Source: Atractiella rhizophila
Taxonomy: Eukaryota
NCBI GenBank assembly: GCA_021432655.1
Contig: MU271350.1
Location: forward strand, 1-64,000
Reading direction: 5' to 3'
Length of the DNA: 64,000 nt
The stretch's first letter is position 1, and each line of letters begins with the position of its first letter. This document shows, piece by piece, positions 53,596 through 64,000 of this stretch. The position numbers and the translations under genes were made by a program. The notes beneath the pieces were generated by a model. It was not told the DNA's origin and made no database searches. It saw nothing but the letters and a program-made list of their open reading frames with translations.

Positions 53596-53807
53596 AGTCA
53601 CCTGACTCAGTCGTGTTTTTTTCGTGTTTCAAATAGTCTTTGCTGCACACGGTTCGAAAGGCGCCGACACGTGTATTCTGGCTGTCTACTCAGAATTCTG
53701 AAAGGGTTGTTGTGGGCGGTGATATAAGGGCTCAAAAGTACATGTGTGAGTCATGGTCAAAACCTGTCGTGCTTTTTATATAAGGATATAAGGACAAGTG
53801 TGTCAGT
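53596..53807 (-). mobile_element. Helitron 3'-end/5'-end junction and 5' segment
   Basis: - strand reads actgacacacttg|tccttatatccttatataaaaagcac..; matches 39503-39515 and 33619-33950. Confidence 0.75.
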
Positions 53808-54041
53808 CTTTGCATGCAGCTCCACTCTGACTCGCTTCCAAAGGTTACTGAGAGGGGTGTGGGTGATGCTTTTGGCTAGGCTGAACTGTATGCAATATGA
53901 AGTTTCATAAGTGACTGAGCCAAAAGCAAGACCTCATATCAGGGCAGAACGCTTACCCCAAGCGATGCTCGACATTTCAAGACAGAGGGCATCTAGCGCT
54001 TCTGTCCTGCCCCAAAACTGAAATGACGAGCAGACTTTTTT

Positions 54042-56250
54042 TTAGGAATTTGGCCTTGACATGAAGTTCCTTGCCTGTATTGGGTGGAATTTTCGAAGCG
54101 GAAGAGTTGTCGTTAAAGGTCTGCAAATCCTGTTGAAGTTCTCATATGCAAACCGTTCAAGAAAGGATTGTTCGAAATCAGAGAAATTATGGGGTGGTTT
54201 GGAGATGGAAATTGTTGGGAGGAAGGCTTTTCTGTTAGACAGGAGGGTGATTTTTGTGAATAGGTTGGGAATGTAGTTGTCAAGGAAACGCAGGTACCGT
54301 TCATACGTGATTGGCTTCCACTTTCCTACCATCCTAATGTACTCGATATCAAACCCAAGTTGGAGGAGAAATGAGGCACCTCCGATGTGGAAGGAATGAC
54401 CAGCGAAGTGGTTATAGTCTGCTGCTGACCAGATCTGGTTACATCGATAGAGAAAAGCTGAATGGGTAAGTGCCCGAAGAGAGCCATCATTTTTCTTGTG
54501 ATCAATATATGCAAATAGGTGGTTAAGTGTGTTACTGGAGTTGTTGATGCGAAGATGATTAACTATGAGGTCCATTGTCCAGACATCGCCTAATCTGGTC
54601 TGAAGAAGCCTCAAAACTCAAGAGTGACCGGGGGGGAGGGATTTATCATTCCAAAGAAGTATGCGGAGATAAGGGAAATCTTCTTCAGTAAGATGTCGGG
54701 AGAGATCATCATGAGTAATTGATTTCGCCGGAACAAAGGATTTGTGAGATCGGACTGTGGTTTCCCCTAACCGGAAGAGAGAGAAAAAGGTAATTATAGC
54801 ACAGGCTAAAACACCTGCATCAAAGCAATTAGAGTGATCCAGTTTGTCGACAAGCAGAATCATTTTGAGCGTAACTGCTGGGTGCACAGTGGCCTTAAAC
54901 AGGGGCCTTGCTGGCGAGCAATGCCTTTGCAATAGAGAGTGAGCTCATCCGGCCTGTGTTCCCATATCCAAGGAAAGCCATTAAGGAGATGCCAGGCTTG
55001 AGGCCAGAGATATAGTGCTCTGCTGTATTGATGGAGACGGATTGTGATGGGGCAAGGTCAGGGTGGACGCCATTCATAGGTGAAGAGCACCAAATAACAA
55101 AGCTGCATACCAAAGGTGCTGTGGCAGGGAAACGTTCTGAAGGTGGAGCACACATTTTATAACAAAATTCGATGTATTTCGGAAGGGCAGAGGAGTAAGA
55201 GGCAAGTGCGCCTTCTCTGTAGGCATGTGACAAGGCATCTTTCTGAGCATGGCGGATGATGGGATTGTCAATGATCAGATGTGTAGGATCAGGGTTGTGT
55301 GAACTTATCCAGCCGTCTTGATTCAGCGACAAAATTATCGTTGTTGTTGTGGTGAAAAGAAGATGAAGAATTAGAAGGAGGAGGAGAGGGCAATATTGGT
55401 CTTTTCTTCAAGAGAATGGAAGGGATAGGAGCATGATTTGGAGTTTCAATGCTGATTGGAGAAGAAGGTTGACTGAGGCTCAGCCCATTATCATAGACCA
55501 AGAAATGACCCATCATGCTAAGTGAGGAGCGATCAAGAAGGCAGAGATGTTGTTGACATTTTTCCATTTGTGACTGAACAACAGCGAGAGGAATTGTCCC
55601 ATATTTATTGACTGCTCCTTTCTGTTTATCCCAGCCAATAATATGCATTTGCAGACCTTCCCAAAAATGAAGAGTGTTCTGAATCCAACCAATCAAATAA
55701 TCATGACAAAAGTGCGGAAAAGACTTGTGATACAGAGCGCAGCAATTTGTGTTACATGCAATCACTTTACGTTGAGCCATGAGCTGGATGTTGGAAAGTA
55801 TGATATTGTTGAGTTGATGCATTCTAAAGGAAGAGATGTTATGTTCAGTCAATAGAGGAGGGACGATGCTAACCGCAGAAGGAAAGGTAAAGGTGTGGGA
55901 TGAGGAGAACTTAGACAGGATTCCGGTTGAAAAAGTTGCAGAGGCAGTTATTTAGGGAAGAGAGACCCATCAACAATATCTTGATTTTTTACAGAAAATT
56001 TATGTATGATTGAAGGAATAGCATGATGATTATTGACATGAGGTGTTGATTCTATTGTCAGGGCTGAACAGAATGAAATTATAATGAGGTGAAGAACAGT
56101 TTTATATACTTCCAGACAGGTGGCAGAATGAGTAATCACGGTAAGTCTAGAATGTTCATGAATAAGTGTGCTGCATGGTGGCAACGGATGCACTCAAATC
56201 CTGACAAGAGGTGGTCGCTTCAGGTATAGCGTGTTGGTTTGCGCATAGAC
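54042..56250 (-). mobile_element. DIRS/Ngaro-like element remnant: tyrosine recombinase plus decayed RNase H/RT region
   Basis: SYSSALPKYIEFC, FDAGVLACA..FRLGE, GHSFHIGGA..GKW..YERYLR; the upstream RNase H/RT-like sequence is only weakly recognisable. Confidence 0.7.
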
Positions 56251-58199
56251 GTCGCCTATCCTTGCACAAACATGAATTATTTGAGGAATATTGATCAAAG
56301 ATGTTGATGTATGCTCAAACATTGCCTATTGAGGGCAAATATAAATTGTTTGGAGAATAGTATATAGCTTGATGGTTATCAAGGATCTGTGAAAAATTCA
56401 TGCAGAAATACATGATGATGATTAAATATATAAGTTTACTGCTACGGAACTAACGTTCTCCGCTTGTCCTTCACCCGGTCTTTAACAATGGACCCTTGGG
56501 CAGCCCTACAAGTGAACTGTAAGAATATCTGGAAGTACTACAAAAGCGTGGTCACTGTGACAGGCAAGGTGGTGGAAAACAGGCTGAAGGGAATAGAGTG
56601 TTGATCAGATTGTCAGATGATGTGATTGTGGAAGTGAAGTTGCAGGTATGTACAAATTTTCCCTGGAGTACAAGACAGGGCAGTGTGGTCAGATAATAAT
56701 GCCTGAGGCAGACCATCACCCTGAGCGAAATCAAAGCGAAGTATGTTCAAGTCAAAGGGAGGGTGAGGTCAGATGGCTGTGTCGCAGAGATATTGTTCAT
56801 GGAATTGGGAGAATGGCTAAGTACGTCTCACATTCCTGGCATTGAATTTGTTCTGACTAGATGAATGGCTTTGAAAGCTTAGACATGCTGTAAATAATTG
56901 TTAAGCTGCAGGATCAATTTTCAGATATGTTTGGTTTGGAAGACAATACTATAACGAGTACTATTTCAGCCTCAGGAGTTTATGAACCAAGGAAATGACG
57001 ATGGGCAGGTTGTCAGCATAGTAACCAGGTTGCTTGTATCTCTAAGGACCCTCAATATTAGCCTTCCTTTCCCTCAGTCTTTTCAGTATCTTTCTGCCTC
57101 TCTTTGTCTATAATGATTTCTTCACTTCTCTCTTATAAAGTAGATTTGATTTTAGTGCTGCAACACATGGCTTGTTCAGCAGATGCATTCGCTAATATGA
57201 ATTTTTTGTGCTCTGACCTACACCCTTGATTTGGAGCAGTACTACAGCTTAACCTCCTAACTTCGGTAGCTGGCACAGAGGTATTAGAATGGGGGTTCCT
57301 GATATCTGATATCCTCTTCAAGTGCCGGCAGGGTCGTATCATTTGCAGCAAACAGGAGAAATAGAAGGTACGGCAACAGGCGGCAGCAATCCTCCTGCTA
57401 CCTATGTTTACCTTTAGATGCAATGAAGAGGACAGGAGCACAAGAAGTGAGCATGATCACGGCATAGGCAAAAAGCAAAAACATCCTCGTTAGGGCAATC
57501 GGGAAGCTCTTGAATTGCCATGCTACGAAAAATACAACTGGGACATTGGTAACCACTTTGCTCGGCTACTCAACGTGGGGCCTTCGCTGCAACCAACTGC
57601 AACTACTGACTCGAAACGGTTTGGTGCAGCTGTGTTTTAGAAACCTGCTCATATACATGACGGTATAAAGGATGCATCTTCTCATTGTGCATCTACCATG
57701 CTAGAAGAATAATTCCTTTTACATTTAAGCCATAAAAGATGAGTCTATTGTTCATTATAAGAGGAAAGGGGAAGAAGATTGTTGCAGCAAGTAGAATTCT
57801 CTCTTGATGGGTGGATAGCCTCTGCATTGCAATATTGTCTACCTTCTCATGTGGCTGCCAGGATTATTGCACATCAAGCCTATGGAAGTACCAACGATTG
57901 GATGGTGACGTGCAGAATTATTGCTCCCCGTCCCATTCTCAGTTCCATAATAGTAGAAGAATATATATAGCAAGTCCTATACTCCCATACAAGACAGATA
58001 TTATCTTGACTATTGTAGCCGGGTGATGTGGTTTCATGCCTGTGAGTTTATTTAGTCTTCTGGAAAACAAGCAGGATGAGAGAGTTTAGAAATCTGAAGA
58101 GGGAAGGTTCAACCTCTTCTCATGTGGAAAACTTTGATGAGTGAAAGATGAGATTATATATTTCTGGTCAATCTACCAACAGCAACAGAAACTGGATAC

Positions 58200-61100
58200 A
58201 ATCAAAAACCTCACCATCCCTTCCAAATCGACTACTCCACCGACAAACCAACCTTCAACATGTCCCAGAAGGGCCCTAAACCCTCGCAAGAGGGTGGAAG
58301 GCCTCCTCTGGGCCTGGGAAAAGAGGGGGGACACGAGTAGACTTTGCTTCAACTTCTACTCATGTCCCGCCCTCCTCCCAGCCCAACGCCCTGCTTGGGC
58401 ACAGCATTAGTAAAGGAGGAATATTGAAAAATAGTCAGAGGGCGATAGATAAAAGTGACAGAGGAGGCAGGGTTCTTGGTACACACCTTCTTGAAAAGGA
58501 TGTCTCGAACCGGGAGCCTCTTTCTTCCTTTACAAGTGTGTCAGAGGCCTTTGTCCCTCAGGCCCCCCAACCCACTCGCAAGGGGCATGGCCCCTTGAAC
58601 CCTACTGTGACTCTTGTGAGGGTTCGAGTCCAGTATGAAACGCATTTTTTACCCCCTTCAGAACAAAATTTCCTCGAGGCTTCAGAAAGGCGCAAGCATA
58701 TGCAGTAAGATGGTGTAATTCATTTCGTTTCAATGTGCCTGCTGAGGGAGGTATGAACGCTCAAAAGTGCGTTTTATGACTCATGCCAAGAACGGATGGC
58801 TTTTAGAGGTAAGGATGCATCTACACAGCACCCCAACATTTAACCGGGTCAAGGATATATTGGGGATTGATGACGAAGCACAGAATGACCCTGTACAACT
58901 ATTAGAATTTACATATAGGCAATTTATTGCTATGAGCTCTATCAATAAATTAATCAGAAACACAAAAGGAGAATTCAAAACGGACCAAACCACGATTGAT
59001 AACATCGATACACTCCTTAAAGCTTGTGTGTCTCTACTTAAAAAGGATCCCCTCAGCAAAATGTGCCGCATTTCTCGAAACCAAATGTTAGCAAATCAGA
59101 ATATTGAAACCATCCTGGAAAGGATAGAGGGGATTGAGCGTAAACTCACAGAGGGGATCCCAGTTCAGGAGAACACCACTCAACCCACTTGGGTACCGAA
59201 CGAAAGGGATTTCCCTCCACTTAGTGCTCTCCCATCCGTTCTAAACTTAAGGATTGACCCTCCTCAAACACTGTCCAAAGCGGCCGGTAAAAAGGTACAC
59301 TAGAGGAAGAATCATAGCAGGAAACTGTCACTATTCCCTACGAACGGTTCTGCCCATATCTCAGATGATAAACCCGAAATTGAGCTCCTCGCTCAAGTTA
59401 ACGATGCCCTAACCGCAAGAATGGTATACAGAATAACTCCACAAGATCCTACCCCTGAAGTAAAAGATAACAGCAAGGTCTCTGCTGCAGCAATTGACAA
59501 GCTACCTGGGGGAGCGGTCGCGATGTGGTTCAACGATGCCATTGACTGCAATAAGGCATCAGAAACAATAACAGAGTGGCTGCCGGTATGCGGTGATCTG
59601 AAGGGATTTTCTCATAGCATTCCAGCCGACATAGTGGTGATTCACAAAGTCGGAACACACTGGAACATTAGGGACAAGAACCAGGTCAAAGACAAGCTCT
59701 TGGACCGCAACAATTGGACGGAGAAGGACATACTTAAGCTAGAATGGGTATCAAAGAAGATCTTCAAGGATAGAGATGTAGAAAGTGTGTCACTCAAAGG
59801 CTATTCCTCTCTTCTCATCTTCTTCAGGAGCGGCAAGACGGCAGATGAAGCCATTGAACGTGGTGTTTTCTTCAATGGCCGACGTCTCCCTGCTGACAAA
59901 TCAGTACGAGATCTTCCGCAATGCTATAACTGTTTCCAACTAGGCCATTTTGGTAAGAACTGTTATAGGGTTGGCCGACCAGTCTGTGGGGCCTGTTCTG
60001 AGGAGCATGACATAAAAAAAATGTGACAAAAGCCTCACATGTTTTATGCATGAAGGAAACAATTCTTCTCCATGTAGTGACGAACCAACTCCTTTGACAG
60101 GTCCCCTTGTTCACATGTAAGAGTGAACCTGCATTGTGCATACTGTGGAGAGAAGGGCCATGGAGCCCATGATGCCTATGGAGGTGACAAATGTATCAAG
60201 AAAGTAGGAGACCGTGCGTAGGCTAGAGGGATAGAACTGGAGCTAGGGGAGTTCTTTGAGAGAGACGAGAAGGGGGGAGAGAGAGATATGGGAGCAGAGG
60301 AACAGATGGAAGAAAGAGAGAATGAAGGAAGGAAGGAAGGAAGGTAGAACATCCATTCTCACCGGGCCACTTTGATGAAGAAAGGTCTGAGTTACCACCT
60401 GAAAGCCCAAATGAAATCGTTGAATGACAGATGGGGCATTCTCATGGTCGTACGAAGGCAGGGCTACTGGCTCAGACAGTGATTTCGAAAATTCTCATAA
60501 CCCTTTCAATTCTCATTCTCATTCGGTGTTTTCAAAAAATTCAGTTTTTATCATCCAACAAAACCATCACAAAAGAGGAACAGTCTCTCATTCCTTCATG
60601 AATTCAGACGATAGGAAAGCAGACATTATTTTAATACAAGAACCTCCCACCACTCTTCCAGACAGCGGAAGCCTTATTATATATCCAGGATACAAATGTA
60701 TTGCCTCAAAAAAAGTGAAAACATCATATTCTAGGTCAGAAGTTTCACGATCAATTATCCTCATCACAGAAATTCTTTCTCCGAGTCGGGCGAAACCTTT
60801 GTTGAACTTCCGAACCAATATTATGACATCTCCGCTGTCCTGTTAATGTTCCCAGGAGGGAAGAGATTTCTAATCATTAATGTGTATAACGCTGGGGGGG
60901 ACTCCAAGACAATAAATGACGTATCTACCCTCATTGAAGAATCCAAAGTAACTGGTCTTTTGAGAGAAGAAGATCTAATATTTGTGGGTGGTGATTTTAA
61001 CTTGCATCACAGGGAGTGGAACCCACCTGGGTACACTCGCTCAGATGGCAATGCAGACTACCTATTAGAGGTATTCGAAGAACTGGGACTCTCCTTCGAT

Positions 61101-64000
61101 CCAAATTCCCGTTACAACTACCAAAAGGCCAACTGGGAAGCGGTAAGGGAGTTTCTACAGAAGTCTGATAAATTAGCAAACTTCCCGAGGGATAGGGACG
61201 AACTGGCTACACAAGAGGATATCGACAAAGGGGTGGAACTCCTCATGGCTGTTCTGCTGGAGGCCATGACACTGCTCCCCAGAATGTCAAGCAACCAACC
61301 GACAAAGAGGTGGTGGACCGAACAACTCACAGAGAAAAGGAAAACAGTCAACAAGCTTAGAAATCGCTTTTTGAGCAAGCAAAGGAAAGGGAACCAGGAA
61401 GCAAAGGAGGAAGCACGATCTCTCTGGCGTAAAGCTGCTAACCAGTTTCACGCTGATATCAGAACAGCAAAGACGCAACACTTCGAGGATTTCCTGGCAG
61501 ACCTGGACCAGCGCTCTATTTGGACTGCCCATCGGTATGGAAAGAGGGAGGACCGGTGTTGAGACATACCTCCCCTGCAGAAGGATGCAACTGATGACCG
61601 CCCCAACAACACCGTGTCCTCCCCAGCGGACAAAGCCTCTCTTCTCCACGCTAACTTTAACCCCATTGCTCGAAGCTGCGATCTTTCCGACTTCCCCTGC
61701 ATCCAATACCCACTTCCTTTCCCATCCCCTCCGCTTAAGATAGAGGAAATTGATGAAGCTATAGACAGAATCAAGATACCTTCTGTGCCAGGCAGAACAG
61801 GAATATCGAACAGGATAATCAAGGAGGTGAGGGAGGAGATACGTCATCCACTCTTCGCTATCTTTTCGGCCTGTTTCTTCATCGGATACTACCCTGCAGC
61901 CTGGAAGAAGTTCACCACAGTCATACTGTGCAAACCAAAGCGCACTGATTATTCCCTACCATCCGCATATCGCCCCATCGCCTTGCTCGACTGCGTTGGG
62001 AAGGTCTTCGACGGCATCTTATCTGCCAGACTCACCTTCCATGCTGATAGCAAGAGGGCGCTCCCGACTCACCACTTTGGGGCTAGGCCGGGTCGTTCCA
62101 CCAACGACGCTTTAATCACAGTCACGGAATACATTAGGGAGGGCTGGAGAAAAGGACTAGTTACAGCCTCAGTTTCGCTCGATGTTAAAGGAGCGTTTCC
62201 AACAGTAGTGCACCAGCGTCTCATCAGCAACTTGAAGAAAAGAGCTGTCCGGAAACAAAAGTAGAGCTGATCGAATCCTGGCTGAAAGGAAGAGAAACAA
62301 CCTACAACTTGAACGGCTATACATCCAACCCTTACAAATTGGCAATAGGACTTGCCCAAGGATCCCCACTCTCTCCGATTCTGTACCTTTTTTATAATGC
62401 TGATCTTTTGGAAATACAGGCACCAGGGGTGGACTCGCTCAAATGCGGATTCGTAGATGACATCCACATGAACGCCCGTGCAACTAACCCTTCCGAGGCC
62501 ATTGCTACACTCGAGGTGATTCTCGATAAAGCAATGACCTGGAGTGAGAAGCATGGTGCGATATTTGAGGAGGCGAAAACAGACTTTGTCCTTTACGGTA
62601 AACGTAAGAAGATGAAGTCTCGATTTGGCCAACTCACCATTCGTGTTGGATCTACGACGATATCGCAGTCGTCTGAGATGAAATACTTGGGAGTGCTCCT
62701 TGACTCCAGGTTAAGTTTCAACTCTCACCTAAAGGCGATTGAGACGAAGGCGAAGAAATCGTTATCCCTCCTGGCAACACCCTCCAACACTACGAGGGGC
62801 ATCCCCCTCCGATTGTATCGGCGCCTCTATGAGGCTACAACATGCGCAATGACGGACAACAACGCCATCATATGGCACCATCTAGGGAAGAAAAGTGGAG
62901 GAGCCTCAAGACTCGAGGCAGTGCAACGATACGCTCAACGACTTATGCTGGGAGCTTTCCGCACCACTCCCACATCCGCCCTATCACACGACTCCAATCT
63001 CCCCCCAACAGTGGCGAGGCTGGACAAAGTTGTCTCACGAGCCACAGTCAGATTACTAGCACTTTCTAGAGACAACACAGCAGGCAACCTGACGAGCTCA
63101 TTCCACCAATCCCAAACACCGAAAAAGCACCTTTCCCCCCTGATCACATTTTCAAAGCCAACAACATCAGATTTCCAGACGACCTAGAAATCATCCCAAC
63201 CTTCACAGTGCACCCAGGACACACCCCTCCATTCGACACCTTCATTGCAGATTCAAAGGAAGAAGCGACTAAGCACTTCCATGACCTCAAAAACGAAGAA
63301 GACGAATACTGGATTTTCACGGACGGCTCACGAACTGAGGACGGGGTGGCATTTGGACTGGCAATCACCAATCCGGAAACTATGGCAGGCTACAGGATAG
63401 GAGAATGCGACGAAAACACGGTGTTCGAGGCTGAATTGCTTGGGATAGAGCGTGGCTTGGCATTGAGCCTCGCACTCAATGATCAGCGGGGACTACGATC
63501 CATCGGTCCGTATCTTCACGGATTCACAAGCCGCTATCAAAAACCTAGCAAAAAAACCAAAGAGTAAACCCGGTATAGGAATCGTCCTGAACATCCTCTC
63601 CCTCGCCGCCAAACACCGACGCCTTAATCCTCTATGCGGAATCCACATACACTGGATACCGGGCCACACCAAAATCAAAGGCAACGATCTGGCAGACAAG
63701 GCAGCAAACAGAGCCACAGATGGGAAGAAAGCTATTGGTCGAGTGAAAATTCCCAAGAGCCCATCAGCCATCCGCGCTACCCTCAGCATCTCCAGATTCA
63801 ACAACGGATACACTGTCTCCCGAGACTCAGGCTGTCATCACCGTTCACTTGCCTCAAGGCTGTCACCAGAGCAAACATATGCCATGCTGTCGGAAATGAC
63901 ACGAGCTCAGGCATCCATCTTCATCCAGCTACGTTCGGGTCATGTCGCCAATAACAACTACCTGAATCGGATAGGAATCAAGGATGACCCGGGTTGCGAG
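58200..64000 (+). mobile_element. Tad1-like LINE (ORF1 gag with CCHC knuckles; ORF2 APE-RT-RNase H), disrupted, runs off the window
   Basis: QCYNCFQLGH, CGAC..H, HCAYC..GH; DIILIQEP, NVYN, GDFNLHH; YRPIALL, LDVKGAF, QGSPLSP, FVDD, YLGV; FTDGS, WIPGH; 5' boundary approximate. Confidence 0.92.
58533..58815 (-). mobile_element. 283-bp non-autonomous Helitron nested in LINE ORF1
   Basis: Near-identical to 43131-43413; A|T insertion; removing it restores the frame (..PLSSF|MHLHSTP..). Confidence 0.9.

Noticed and set aside
54042..55332. Tyrosine recombinase as a Starship captain or phage integrase
   Set aside because: It is short and decayed, with motifs and upstream context typical of DIRS/Ngaro-type YR; I see no Starship-like organisation.
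61118..63813. Minus-strand ORFs over the LINE
   Set aside because: Antisense shadows of ORF2.

Overview
This is eukaryotic, intron-containing DNA from a transposon-rich fungal region. A basidiomycete is inferred from the TE types and gene families; I see no prokaryotic features. Host-type genes: two paralogous FunK1-type fungal protein kinases (1938-4135 -, 44078-46359 +), a BTB gene with a premature stop, a Zn(II)2Cys6 transcription factor carrying a solo LTR, a C-terminally short Rim15/Cek1-like PAS kinase, an F-box/LRR-like gene and several decayed membrane-protein genes. Mobile DNA: six related short LTRs (TG..CA, most with 5-bp TSDs), two internally deleted hAT elements, a CACTA/Tnp2 remnant, a decayed DIRS/Ngaro-like tyrosine recombinase element, a Tad1-like LINE and a second LINE remnant. 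Two elements stand out. One is a 5.6-kb CCCTG-terminated DNA transposon with a 6-bp TSD and two divergent genes. The other is a Helitron family (one autonomous-type copy, two 283-bp non-autonomous copies, two 5'-end remnants) with a CTTG 3' end, a head-to-tail junction, an embedded tRNA-like sequence and conserved ATGACTCA motifs. All family assignments are by eye from motifs; no database searches were run.
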